64,000 bases of DNA from IMG/VR virus record IMGVR_UViG_3300005577_000027, positions 67,452 through 131,451 of that record; one strand, given 5' to 3'. Numbering within the stretch: the first letter of the stretch is position 1; every line of letters begins with the position of its first letter. Below are positions 33,064 through 43,745 of this stretch, piece after piece. The notes beneath the pieces were generated by a model. The model ran no database searches. It saw nothing but the letters and a program-made list of their open reading frames with translations, and was not told the origin of the DNA. The translations under genes and the position numbers were made by a program. The stretch comes from a virus. Taxonomy: Duplodnaviria; Caudoviricetes.

Positions 33064-34203
33064 TTAATCAATTATATTTTTAATAATCCACTCATCACAA
33101 TTATATTTTAAATCTATTAATAGTTCTTTACGATTCATAAATGTTCTAATATTATCGTTTATATTAAAATATTGTGAATGACATTTAAGATATTTTATAT
33201 TACAAATTCGACAATAATAAATTATTAGTAATTTATTACTAGTTATTACAAAAAAATCATTCCACATATGTGCATAATTAAATTGTTTATCTGCTATATT
33301 TACAATATGATTAATATCATTATTATTAATTAATCGTTTTTTAAACTTATGCATAATTTATTCTATGATATTTTTTATTATAAACTCTTCACAAGTTAAT
33401 TCATTTAATTTTTTAATTAAATTTTTCTTCGTTACATATGAATCTATTTCATTATTTAAATCATAATAAATATCTCGATTTACTAAATATTTAATATTAC
33501 ATGTTTCACAAAAATAAATTTTAACAGAATTACGTTCAATACAATATATTAAAAAATCATTCCAAGAATGATTCATAAATTGACTATCGGCAATTTTTAA
33601 TATTTTATCACAATCATCTTTATTAAGTAGTCTACTTTTAAATTTATGCATTATTCAATAATATTTTTAATAATAAATTCTGCACATGTTAATTTATTTA
33701 ACTCTCTTATTAAGAGAGATTCATAATTAAAAGAGTTAATTGTATTATTTATATCCCAAAAATAACTAACAGATTTATTAGATAAATAACTTATATTACA
33801 AGTTTGACAAAAATGAATATTTAGATTAAATCTATTTTGTAATAAATAGATATACCAAGTATTATTTTTGAATAAAGAGTTAGCTATTTTTAATATTTTA
33901 TCACAATCATTATCATTAATGTTTCTTATTATAAATAGATGCATAATTTTATTCGATAATATTTCTTATTATAAATTCTTCACAAGAAGAATATTCAAAA
34001 CTTCCTAAAGAAATATTATCTAAACAATAAGTTCTATTAATTACTTGGTTATTAAAAATATGACACATACTGAAAATTTTTTCGTAGTTAGTACGACGAA
34101 TTAATAAACATAATTTGCAATTATTACATTCTAAATATTCAATATTACCACGATTTGCATATTCTTCAGGTATTGATTTTTTGACGTATAAATGTTCTTT
34201 CAT
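33064..34203 (-). repeat. Tandem cluster of four CxxC paralogs (33064..33354, 33358..33651, 33651..33944, 33949..34203)
   Basis: MH(K/L)F..R starts in three, CxxC in all; tails CDEWIIKNIID / TCEEFIIKNIIE / TCAEFIIKNIIE / SCEEFIIRNIIE. Confidence 0.85.
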
Positions 34204-34667
34204 AAAAAATCAACAAATGAAAAATTCATATCGTATAAAATATTATACCAATTTAATTGTGCCTTTAAATCAAATTCTAAACCAGTTCCAGCAGGTAAAT
34301 AAAATATTTCTCTAGGTAATAATTTATTAACTGTACCAATTTTTACAAATTTAATAGGCGTTTTTAACCATTTTTCTTTGGTTATTTTAGAATCACATAC
34401 ATCAACTGCATTATAGGCTTTTACTTTAACAGATGTTCTATAAACAAAAATAGATTTATTCTGCCATAAACAAGAACCTAAAGCAATTAAACATCCTTCA
34501 ATAGTACTTGAAACACAAATTCTTGATATTTTAGGTTCTAAAATAGATCTATGTTGACCTTGTATTTTAGGATACAATGTAATTTTTTGAGGCCATTTTT
34601 TCTGAGTAATGTGATAAAAATATTCACGATCAGTCATAAATATACTTATGCTTCTCGAAACATTCAC
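34200..34667 (-). CDS. Hypothetical phage protein
   Basis: FYHIT ... RICVSSTIEGCL ... DSKITKEKW. Confidence 0.55.
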   Translation of the reverse strand: MNVSRSISIFMTDREYFYHITQKKWPQKITLYPKIQGQHRSILEPKISRICVSSTIEGCLIALGSCLWQNKSIFVYRTSVKVKAYNAVDVCDSKITKEKWLKTPIKFVKIGTVNKLLPREIFYLPAGTGLEFDLKAQLNWYNILYDMNFSFVDFL

Positions 34668-34701
34668 TCGGTTTTTAAAATTTATAAAATAAAAAATTAA
34701 A

Positions 34702-34854
34702 TCATTCGTTGAAAATTAATTCAACTTCACGCCAATTCTTTTTCCTGGGACGGGCTTTTCTTCCTTTACCTTTTTCTGTCTGCACTGTTCTCGATCTGTA
34801 TCGCTTATAATCTTCTTTTTGCACTATAGCCATAATTACATTTTTATTTTTCAT
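34702..34854 (-). CDS. Small basic ArfA-like protein (50 aa, not in the ORF track)
   Basis: GGAG RBS; MKNKNVIMAIVQKEDYKRYRSRTVQTEKGKGRKARPRKKNWREVELIFNE. Confidence 0.55.
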   Translation of the reverse strand: MKNKNVIMAIVQKEDYKRYRSRTVQTEKGKGRKARPRKKNWREVELIFNE

Positions 34855-34903
34855 AATTAATTTCTCCATTAATAATATAAAATTATAGCTATAAATAATA
34901 TAT

Positions 34904-35452
34904 TTATTTTTTTATAACTAAAGAAAATCTTGGGTCAGCATAACCTGTACCATATATCCAAATCCAATCTTTTAAGCTTCTAATCCCATAACTACCAACT
35001 TCTATGCCATCTATTTCTAAATCGATGCCTTCTTTTGTAGAAACTATTTTTATTTTTTTATCAGGCGCTAAAATATTAAAAAATTTTTTTGCTGCATCAA
35101 CAATATCAATTAAATTATAATTTAATATTAAAATTTCTTTTTTATTAAAAATAGAAATTAATTCAACCTTAAAAAAGGATAATGAGTGTAATTCATCAAT
35201 AATATCATCTCTATAACAAGGTGACGCTGCAACATATTTGCCAGCTTCAATTTTATTATCTAACATTAGTTGGACAAATGATTGTTCCGCAGATCCAACC
35301 ATAGTCCCCACATCACAAGTAAATTTTATATTATTTTGAGAATATGTAGCTTCAATAGCAGGTTTTGAAACAAACCAAGGAACTTCTATATATTTATATC
35401 CTAATGATTGGTAATAATCAATAGCTTTAGCAACATTGTGCCAATTAATCAT
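34904..35452 (-). CDS. Truncated class II aminoacyl-tRNA synthetase-like domain
   Basis: GYKYIEVPW (motif 1), CYRDD..H...FFKVEL (motif 2), EVGSYG..GTG...PR (motif 3). Confidence 0.7.
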   Translation of the reverse strand: MINWHNVAKAIDYYQSLGYKYIEVPWFVSKPAIEATYSQNNIKFTCDVGTMVGSAEQSFVQLMLDNKIEAGKYVAASPCYRDDIIDELHSLSFFKVELISIFNKKEILILNYNLIDIVDAAKKFFNILAPDKKIKIVSTKEGIDLEIDGIEVGSYGIRSLKDWIWIYGTGYADPRFSLVIKK

Positions 35453-35694
35453 TTTCTTTCGCCAGATTTAAATGATCTTTTGGTTGCATCAGACATTTTG
35501 GCAATTTCTATAATATTTGTTCCAAGAGTTTCTGCCAAAGCTTCAATAGCTCCGTAAAGGTCAGATAATTCTACTAAAGCTAAAATTCTATTATTTTGCT
35601 CTAAAGATTCAGCTAATTCATCAAGCTCTTCATAGACTTTAGATAAATCTCCGTATTTACCTTTTATTATAATTGGTCTTAAATGATAACTCAT
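35449..35694 (-). CDS. MazG-like small protein
   Basis: KVYEELDEL ... ELSDLYGAI; start placed at MSYH because the longer ORF overlaps the tRNA. Confidence 0.6.
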   Translation of the reverse strand: MSYHLRPIIIKGKYGDLSKVYEELDELAESLEQNNRILALVELSDLYGAIEALAETLGTNIIEIAKMSDATKRSFKSGERK

Positions 35695-35709
35695 AATTTT
35701 TATTAAAAG

Positions 35710-35778
35710 CGCCCCCACCAGGTTACGATCCTGGCTACGGAGTTTAGAAGACTCTGTTGATCATCCAGATCTAGGGGC
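35710..35778 (-). tRNA. tRNA-Arg(TCT), non-canonical
   Basis: GCCCCTA/TGGGGGC acceptor, GAGT-CTTCTAA-ACTC anticodon arm, CCAGG-ATCGTAA-CCTGG T arm, short D arm. Confidence 0.6.
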
Positions 35779-35858
35779 TTTAAATTTTACAACTATTAAC
35801 CGTTAATGTCTTATACTTTATAATCGTTTTTTTCTAAAATGTCAAGTGCTTTAAATAA

Positions 35859-36461
35859 TTAAATTTTCCAATCAGGATTATTTATCCCTAATTGTTGAGA
35901 TAATCCAATATTGAATAATCTTGGACTAATTTCATTTTCTATACATAATTTTACCATTTTATCTTCAACAACAGGCAAATTATGTTCTTTTAAAAAACGT
36001 TTCACATGACGATCTATCGGAAAACAATTTTTAATTTTTAAACTATCTCTACAAAATAATGATAAAACCTTAGCGCCTTTTGGACAATCACAAAGATTAT
36101 ATAATATCAATCTGTTATTTGAAATAATTAATTCTTTCTTAATTAAATCACAATATTTTTCCATAGTTTTATTTTGTAATTTTAAATTCTTTATAACAGA
36201 AGTTAAAAAGGAATTCTGCCAACTTAATGGAAAAAATAAAATTTCTTCATTTATTTTAGATAAATCTCGTCCGGCAACAAAATTTATTGCTTGAGTTTGA
36301 ATAGTTAATCTTCTATTAATTCTCCATGGTCCACTAGAAATACATAATAAAAAAGCTTCAGAATAAGACCGTCCATCCAACCAAGTGTTTTCTTTTATTT
36401 CTCCAAATGAATTAAATAGTTCAATTAAAGATTTATTCATCAAATTTAACATCCTCAGCAA
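35859..36461 (-). CDS. HhH-GPD DNA glycosylase-like protein
   Basis: KVLSLF ... FPIDRHVKR motif. Confidence 0.55.
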   Translation of the reverse strand: MLRMLNLMNKSLIELFNSFGEIKENTWLDGRSYSEAFLLCISSGPWRINRRLTIQTQAINFVAGRDLSKINEEILFFPLSWQNSFLTSVIKNLKLQNKTMEKYCDLIKKELIISNNRLILYNLCDCPKGAKVLSLFCRDSLKIKNCFPIDRHVKRFLKEHNLPVVEDKMVKLCIENEISPRLFNIGLSQQLGINNPDWKI

Positions 36462-36890
36462 GATATTTATATTGTATTACTTTATAATTATTTATAGCGT
36501 TTTGTAATTTATTTACTTTTTCATGATCTAGCATCACACAATCATATTCCCATTTCACATCAATTTTAAATAAATATTTTATAGCAATTAATAATCTTTT
36601 ATACCAAGGCTGAAAAGAATTTAATTTTACATTAATATTTAATGTTGGGATTTCATATCCATCATTCCAAGTAGAAATAACAAATTGATGTGAAATATCA
36701 TTACAATTACATACAAATAATTCATAATTATTTTCTATAGACATTATATTTATCCTTTAAAATTCATCTTCTTCATCAAAATTATATAATATTTTACAAA
36801 AAGCTTGCACAATTCTTACAACCGCCCAACAAAAAATCATAATTGTTAATAGAGTAACAATTCGATTTCGTTCAAAAAATTGTAAAAATA

Positions 36891-37277
36891 TTACAAACAT
36901 ATATTTTTATTATTTAAATAATCGACTGTTTCTTTAGAACAATTACTTGAACAACATGGTGCAAAATTATCTAGATAATATAACTCTGCGCAATTTATGC
37001 ATTTTCCAACAGGTAACGGTCCATGATTAATTAAATTATATTTTTGATATTCAATTAAATTATTAAATTGACTTGCTGTTGGATCGATAATTTCTCCAGC
37101 TAATTCTAGCCACCAATGCATTCGTTTTCCCTGAGATAAATCTATAATATAACCTTTTTGAAGTTCTAATTCGGGAAAAACTTCTTGCATAGCCAAACAA
37201 GCAGGATAGCATCTACCTGCAATAATTTTATTTTCCAGTAAATAATTATCTATCCAAATTTTATATTTAGAATTCAT
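36891..37277 (-). CDS. Small transglutaminase/papain-like fold protein
   Basis: GRC ... HWWL ... IDPTASQF Cys-His-Asp pattern. Confidence 0.4.
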   Translation of the reverse strand: MNSKYKIWIDNYLLENKIIAGRCYPACLAMQEVFPELELQKGYIIDLSQGKRMHWWLELAGEIIDPTASQFNNLIEYQKYNLINHGPLPVGKCINCAELYYLDNFAPCCSSNCSKETVDYLNNKNICL

Positions 37278-37661
37278 TTTAAATGTATTTAATTAAATAA
37301 TATATAAAAACAACAAGATATAGAAAAGCCATAGTGCACATTATAGATGAATTATAATATTCACCTACTCCAAGTATAATTGATGAACATCCAATTCCCA
37401 ATAAATTTATAAGAATTTTATTTATAAAGTAATTATCTTTAGCCATGGTGTTTATCTAGTATTTAATCAATATAGGTAGCTAATATTGCTATAGATGGTA
37501 TCAATAATAACGGAATTATTGAAATTAAATAATTATAGTTATGATTTAAATATGCTATTAAAAATAATTTTAATGAAATTATTATTCCTATAAAACCTAT
37601 AATTAGTACAAATTTTGAATTATTTTTAAACATATAAACTTTGTATATAAATTATATAATT

Positions 37662-38486
37662 TTATAAATATTTAAATTCAGTTTTAATTTCGGCTACAAA
37701 ATCTGCAAATTCCCGCGTTATACTGATATTTTCACGCCAAGCTAATCCTCGCTCAATTAAATTATATTGCTTTTTAATATAGGCACCAGGAATAATTTGA
37801 TCTTTATCATCTCTATCTCGTCCTAATAACCAAAGACGATCAGAAATACTTACCAAAGCATTAATATCATGAGCTACAACAAAAATTGTATTTTCTTCAT
37901 GAAGATTAGCAATAGTATTAATCACTGCACAAACTTTATCCTTAGCTAACGGATCTAGTCCAGACCAAGGTTCATCCATTACTAAATAATGTTCAGAACA
38001 TAAAAGTTCTTGAATAATACTTATCCGTTGTTTCTGACCACCGGATAATTGATTTGGATAATATTTAGCTTTATCTTGTAAATTAAATTTTGTTAAGTAA
38101 TCAATAGCTTTATCAACAGCTTCTTTTGCAGTTAAATTAGTATGTTCTAAAGCTACTAAAAGATTTCCAATAACTGTTCTATGATTAAACAATGGATAAT
38201 TTTGAGCGACATAGCCAACAACTCCTGCCTCCACAGGTTTCCCAGCCACTGTAACAGATCCAGTTGTTGGTTTATTTAATCCACTTAAAATTCGGCTGAA
38301 ACAAGTCTTACCACAGCCTGAAGGTCCCAAAAGTCCTACTACTTGACCTTGAAGCACATTCGGGCGAACAATATCTTTAACTTCAATTGAAATTGGCTTT
38401 AAAATTTGATTACCGTCAATATTTAAAGATACATTATCAATTTTAATTAATGTATCTTTTTCTTCATATAAATAATTATTATTCAT
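37662..38486 (-). CDS. ABC transporter ATP-binding protein (NitT/TauT-like)
   Basis: GPSGCGKT, LSGGQ, MDEP, VAHD. Confidence 0.92.
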   Translation of the reverse strand: MNNNYLYEEKDTLIKIDNVSLNIDGNQILKPISIEVKDIVRPNVLQGQVVGLLGPSGCGKTCFSRILSGLNKPTTGSVTVAGKPVEAGVVGYVAQNYPLFNHRTVIGNLLVALEHTNLTAKEAVDKAIDYLTKFNLQDKAKYYPNQLSGGQKQRISIIQELLCSEHYLVMDEPWSGLDPLAKDKVCAVINTIANLHEENTIFVVAHDINALVSISDRLWLLGRDRDDKDQIIPGAYIKKQYNLIERGLAWRENISITREFADFVAEIKTEFKYL

Positions 38487-38491
38487 TTTAT

Positions 38492-39271
38492 TTATTTCCG
38501 CTCCAAAGATAGCTCAGAATAAGGGCAAATCACCTTTTTTATCAAGCCAATCATCTTATCTTGAGTAACTCCAATAAATAAAATCGTCAATTGAATTGCA
38601 AAAACAGCATCTAAATGAAAATGTTTACCTTCATTTAACATTAAAGTTCCCACTCCGCCTTCAACTCTAACTAATCCCTCCACCATCGTTAGCATCATCC
38701 ATCCAATAGCCGCATTTTGTCTTAAAACCTCTATTGCTTCATCGGCCCGCCCCAAAATAACCACTTCATATACGCTTCGCCACCCACTCATTCTTAAAGA
38801 TCTAGCATGATCAAACTCTTCTTTTGGAATATTCGCAACAACCGAACTCATACTTGTAATAAAAAATACCGACATTCCAAAAACTAAAAGAGCTAATTTA
38901 AGACCATGCCCTCCACCAAAAATCATAGTAAATACAATTACAAATCCACTAATTCCGAAGAATCTTGACTTGGAACAGAACTCTACAAAAGGTCTCATTA
39001 CTGGCAATACTGTAAGATATGATAACCCAACTGAAATGATACTACTAATAAAAATCGCTTCTAAATTAGTTTTAATACTCACTCCCAACTCATAAAGCAA
39101 TCCCTCTTCTTGAATTAGGAAAAGCCAAGCCCTACCCACTGCAATAGGGCTTGGCATCAAAAATGTCGATCCAAATGACCAAATTATCAATAAAAGAGCA
39201 ATTTGAGCCGTAATAATTATAGTCCAAGTAGTTCCGGTTACTGATTTATTTGGTCGAAATGCATCTAACAT
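38492..39271 (-). CDS. ABC transporter permease
   Basis: Multiple TM helices, EAA-like DHARSLRMS, VEG..GGVG. Confidence 0.88.
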   Translation of the reverse strand: MLDAFRPNKSVTGTTWTIIITAQIALLLIIWSFGSTFLMPSPIAVGRAWLFLIQEEGLLYELGVSIKTNLEAIFISSIISVGLSYLTVLPVMRPFVEFCSKSRFFGISGFVIVFTMIFGGGHGLKLALLVFGMSVFFITSMSSVVANIPKEEFDHARSLRMSGWRSVYEVVILGRADEAIEVLRQNAAIGWMMLTMVEGLVRVEGGVGTLMLNEGKHFHLDAVFAIQLTILFIGVTQDKMIGLIKKVICPYSELSLERK

Positions 39272-39290
39272 CTGATATTCCTAATCTATT

Positions 39291-41087
39291 TCACTGTACG
39301 CCAAGGATAACTGTAACTCGACGATTCTTTGCTCGGCCAGTCTCAGTATCATTGCTAGCTAATGCATCAGCTGAACCATGACCACGCACAACAGCAAATC
39401 TTTCAGCAGAAAAGTTCGAACTACTCTGCGTTTGTAACCAATTCTTTACAGCTTCAGCACGAGCTTGTGACAAAGTTAAATTATTATTTACATCGCCAGT
39501 ATTATCTGTGTAACCATGAATCTCAATTGCAAGATCATCAGCAACTAATAAACCGTTCTTTAATTCATTTAATTGAACTAAAGTTTCAGGTGTAAAAGTA
39601 GCTTTACCCGTCTCGAAATTAATGCTCCAATTACGCTTAGATACAGTTTGTGTGAGCTGTCCGCCAGTAAATTCCGTTTTAGTAACCACTCCAATATTTT
39701 TTGAATGAGAAGCAATATTAGTAACATATGAGGTATTTAAAATAGAATCAACTGAAGGATAACTTGATACAAGCTTAGGGTATTGTTGTCTAACAATATT
39801 ACCAAAGATTGTATAAGTAGCAGCAAAAATGTTAGCAGAACCAGAATTTAAGCCAAATAAAGCCATATTATCAGCTAAATTGTTGACATATGAACCACCA
39901 AGAGATACCTGCAATCCTTGCTTATCCGTTTCTACAACACCGAGATAATACTTTTGCCAGTAACCAGCAGACTCTTCTTTATAAATTGTGGCAGAAGCTT
40001 CAGCTGCACGATGCAATGCGTTAGGATATGCTTTTACTTGGTCTCCACCTTCAAAAATAGCTTCAAGCATACCTTCTACAAGCGATCGATTAGCCAAATT
40101 CCACTTTTTAATACCAATAATAGTATTTGGCATTTGGTTAGAATATTCTTTCGTTGAAACTATAGAAACTAAACCTCCACGTTGGTTAGCAACATTAGCA
40201 TCAACAGGTGACCATGATGATACACCATTTACACAAACATGCTTTGTTTCACCAGTACGCTTACCATTACTTACGACTGGTCGATCTTCACAAACATTTT
40301 GAATATATTTGGTCCCAGCTTCGATAAAGTCATTTGCAGCTACCCAATTAATAGCGTTGGGATCATAAGTTTTTTCATCAGGATTAACTAAAATACCGTT
40401 ATCACCAGCCCATTTCATAACGATATTCCAATCACCATCTCTTAGTACGACTGAAATTAATGAACCTTTAGCTAACTTAGGATTATTTTTCCATTCAGGT
40501 AAACCCATAAATTTATCTTCACCACGAGAATAACCGGCTGATCCTACAACTTCAGCCATGTATTCTGGGCCAAGTTTTTCTAACTCCGGCCGCACACCTT
40601 CAAGAAATGCAGCTGATCCATCACCCATTACGGCAACAAATTGAACTCCATCTGTAGGTTGGGGATTAGATTTCAGAGCTTTAGCAAAACTAATAAGCTC
40701 AGTTTGCATTTTACCACAATCATCTTCACGAATTATATTCATGTTGACTTTATGGGCTTGCATTAGACTACCTTCGGTCGTTTGCGGACCACCAGTTGCA
40801 AAAGCCCAACCCATTTGAGCATTCCAAGCCATTACCTTAGCTCGAACAGTAGGACCAGGAACCGTTACAACTTTAGTACTCGGTAACGGAAAAGCAGGTA
40901 CAGAAGCGTTAGGAACATTATTAGTATTGGTAACTTCTGGCAAATCTGCAGCTAATGGGACTACAGATTTCGATTCAGTTGGACTCAATAATCCTTTAAC
41001 TGAAGCAACTCTTAATCCAATTACAGCTAAGATAATTAGTGCCAAAATAATGAGAGGTGTTTTTTTAATTCTACTTGTGGTTGCCAT
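39291..41087 (-). CDS. ABC substrate-binding protein fused to C-terminal OmpA domain
   Basis: N-terminal membrane anchor; INFETGKA, HGYTDNTG, LSQARA, NRRV OmpA motifs. Confidence 0.85.
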   Translation of the reverse strand: MATTSRIKKTPLIILALIILAVIGLRVASVKGLLSPTESKSVVPLAADLPEVTNTNNVPNASVPAFPLPSTKVVTVPGPTVRAKVMAWNAQMGWAFATGGPQTTEGSLMQAHKVNMNIIREDDCGKMQTELISFAKALKSNPQPTDGVQFVAVMGDGSAAFLEGVRPELEKLGPEYMAEVVGSAGYSRGEDKFMGLPEWKNNPKLAKGSLISVVLRDGDWNIVMKWAGDNGILVNPDEKTYDPNAINWVAANDFIEAGTKYIQNVCEDRPVVSNGKRTGETKHVCVNGVSSWSPVDANVANQRGGLVSIVSTKEYSNQMPNTIIGIKKWNLANRSLVEGMLEAIFEGGDQVKAYPNALHRAAEASATIYKEESAGYWQKYYLGVVETDKQGLQVSLGGSYVNNLADNMALFGLNSGSANIFAATYTIFGNIVRQQYPKLVSSYPSVDSILNTSYVTNIASHSKNIGVVTKTEFTGGQLTQTVSKRNWSINFETGKATFTPETLVQLNELKNGLLVADDLAIEIHGYTDNTGDVNNNLTLSQARAEAVKNWLQTQSSSNFSAERFAVVRGHGSADALASNDTETGRAKNRRVTVILGVQ

Positions 41088-41347
41088 GGTTATTCATTTT
41101 CTTTCTACGGTTAATTTGATACTGTTTTTATTTTCAAAAATATAAATCATTTATGTATTCATGTTTCTTTTTAAGAGAAAAAACAAAGAATGTAAAGCTA
41201 AAAATAGAAAAAATACTACTGAGAATAATAAATATACATAATCTTTTCGAATAAAACCCAAATATCCGGTTAAAATTCCCTGAAGAAAATATAATACACT
41301 TTCTATTAAAAATAAATATTCTTTTAATTTTAAATTTTTCATTTAAA

Positions 41348-42385
41348 TTATTTCTTTAAAGTTTTATTATTTAGTGTAAAATCATTACTATTATCTAATT
41401 CTAGAAGATCATCAAACGATCCGGCTGAAGTAGGCAAACGCAAATTTGGAGAAAGATTCGGACTAATTCTAACATTTCTAGCCGTTCTTTCTGCGCTTTT
41501 CTTTTCCCACTCATCCAACTTGGTTAGAGACTCTGACTCTGATGCAAGCTTTTCTAGAGAATCAGAAAGCATTAAATCTTTAGTTTCATCCCAAAACTGT
41601 TCAATTTCCCCAATTTTCTGAAATTCAAAATTATTTTCAGCTTCTAATCCTAAATTAAACATCTCGAGCTCTTTATCGCTCTGTAATAGGCGCTTAAAGC
41701 CTGACATTGATTTATAAGTGGCTTTTATAGCTTCACGCTCATTACTTTTAATATCAATAGTAGTTTTAAGGTCTTCACGATTATAAGTAGCTTTTTCAAA
41801 CATTTTTTCAGCTACAGATAAAGCTTTTTCTAACATGGCTTGCATGTTTTTATATTTAATATTAGTTTCTTTGAATCTTTCAGCCTTACGAGCTTCAAGA
41901 GCAGCTTTACTTTGTAAAGTTGGGTCTGATCCGATCAATGCTTTTGCTTGACTTGCTAGGGCTAAACAATGCTCTGCTGCTTGTTCATTTTCTCGAATTG
42001 ATTTAAGAATATTTTTTAATTGAGCTCTCATACTAGACATACCTGATGAAACTGCCGCTAGAATTTCATCATACTTTTCAAGTCCAGTTCTCATAATACC
42101 AATTGGATCAAGTTCAACAAATCTACCAGTTAGCCAGCGAATTGCACTTTTCCAACCATACCAAGCCAATTTATGTACATCTGCGCTTGTGAGTACGAAT
42201 CCAATAATAGCTAATGGAATACCTACAGCTGCTAAATACAAAAGATTATCGGCAATATTAATAGCATATGGAAGCAAATTATATAATACATAACCTACTC
42301 CACCAATTAATCCTGCAGTAAAAAACCAAGTAACCCAATTTTCAGGTTTACTAAATGCGCTTTTGGTTGGATTTAATTCTGACAT
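41348..42385 (-). CDS. Membrane coiled-coil protein, PspA-like
   Basis: Two TM helices, DPIGIM, long coiled coil. Confidence 0.55.
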   Translation of the reverse strand: MSELNPTKSAFSKPENWVTWFFTAGLIGGVGYVLYNLLPYAINIADNLLYLAAVGIPLAIIGFVLTSADVHKLAWYGWKSAIRWLTGRFVELDPIGIMRTGLEKYDEILAAVSSGMSSMRAQLKNILKSIRENEQAAEHCLALASQAKALIGSDPTLQSKAALEARKAERFKETNIKYKNMQAMLEKALSVAEKMFEKATYNREDLKTTIDIKSNEREAIKATYKSMSGFKRLLQSDKELEMFNLGLEAENNFEFQKIGEIEQFWDETKDLMLSDSLEKLASESESLTKLDEWEKKSAERTARNVRISPNLSPNLRLPTSAGSFDDLLELDNSNDFTLNNKTLKK

Positions 42386-42397
42386 AATATCTTTCTT

Positions 42398-43054
42398 TTA
42401 TTTAGTGAATTCTGAAATTTTTTGTTTTTGATTATTTAATTGGTTGACTAAATCAGTACATACGATATCAAATCGATTTTTTCTTAAATCAAATTTAGCA
42501 GATTCTTCAGTAATCGAAGAGTTTTCCAAATCATGTTGAGATTTAGCCTTTTCGATATCTGCTTGAAGCATTTGAATTTGTTGATTTTTAGATTGAATCT
42601 CTTGCTCTAAGGAGATAATCTTTTGTTTTCTACCGCCAATTTGTTCTTCAATTTTCTTATTAAGGGCAGTAGAAAATTCTTTATTCTTATCATTAATAGC
42701 AGAAATGCAGATATCTAAATCCGAAATAATAGATGCAGGCGAAGCTCCATCTTTAGCTAGAAGTTTTAAAGCCGTTTTATATCTAGCTTGTTCATTAGGA
42801 ATATCTTCAGCTAATGTAGTCAATAAGTCATTTAATTTAGAAAAAAATTGAGGAGATTTTAATGTAATTGCTTCTTTTAATTTAATTCTAAATGATTTAT
42901 CTAAAGTTACAATTTCATCTTGTGAAGCTTGATATTGTTGATTAAATGTTATCGGAGAAGAAGTTGGTAAAATAATTGGTTTAGGGCTAATTGTAGTTTC
43001 TTTTATTTCAACTTCTTCAATAACAAGGCTTTTAAGATTATCCAAAATTCCCAT
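42398..43054 (-). CDS. Coiled-coil protein of the ABC/OmpA operon
   Basis: MGILDNLKSLV start, C-terminal coiled coil. Confidence 0.55.
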   Translation of the reverse strand: MGILDNLKSLVIEEVEIKETTISPKPIILPTSSPITFNQQYQASQDEIVTLDKSFRIKLKEAITLKSPQFFSKLNDLLTTLAEDIPNEQARYKTALKLLAKDGASPASIISDLDICISAINDKNKEFSTALNKKIEEQIGGRKQKIISLEQEIQSKNQQIQMLQADIEKAKSQHDLENSSITEESAKFDLRKNRFDIVCTDLVNQLNNQKQKISEFTK

Positions 43055-43400
43055 TTTTATTCGCTTTCTCTATAAACTTTTTCTGTAAATATTAAAAATT
43101 AAATTACCAATTTTAGTAAATTCATTAAATCGTTTTTCATTTAAATAATCATAATCTACAGAAAACTCTTCATTACCATTAATTGAATATTTAATAGCTG
43201 ATCCGAAACTTTCATAAAATACAAAAGTGATTGCTGATGTAATTTCAATTAAATTTAATCGTTTATTTATTAATCGATCATGAATTTTAATTGCTTCAGA
43301 TTTATATTCATCTGAAGGCGCACCAATAGAAATTAAAGACTCTGGATCTCGCTCAATCAACACAGCTTCAATTAATTCTACTGAAATCATAATTTAAATT

Positions 43401-43745
43401 TTAATCATCTGATGGCATAAAGTCAACAGCCTTAGAAATAAAAGGCACCCAAATCATAGATAATGTAATTGCTGCAAATGAAATTATTAAAAATTCATAT
43501 GAAATTAATTTGAAGTAAATACTTGTAAATAAAAATGATATCCAGTGACTCAAACAATAAGTGCAAGAAATTAATTTTCCAATAAAATTAAATTTTTGTA
43601 AAAAGAAAAATCTTATTGGTTGAAATAAATTAGATTGACTTATTGTATAAGAAAATGAAGATACTGCTAATGATATTATAATTAAATTAATTAAAATCAA
43701 TGTTTGTTTTCCATAACAGCTGCATTCCAAAATGAAAGTGGGCAA
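43401..43745 (-). CDS. DUF1360-like membrane protein (start probably downstream)
   Basis: LFQPIR ... KLISCTYCLSHWIS. Confidence 0.55.
   Translation of the reverse strand: MPTFILECSCYGKQTLILINLIIISLAVSSFSYTISQSNLFQPIRFFFLQKFNFIGKLISCTYCLSHWISFLFTSIYFKLISYEFLIISFAAITLSMIWVPFISKAVDFMPSDD

Noticed and set aside
35710-35778. Amber suppressor (CTA) reading of this tRNA
   Set aside because: The 7-nt loop CTTCTAA centres on TCT
39362-41145. Antisense shadow ORFs here and elsewhere (e.g. 7064, 19760, 44372, 50806, 63005)
   Set aside because: Overlap well-supported minus-strand genes and lack motifs
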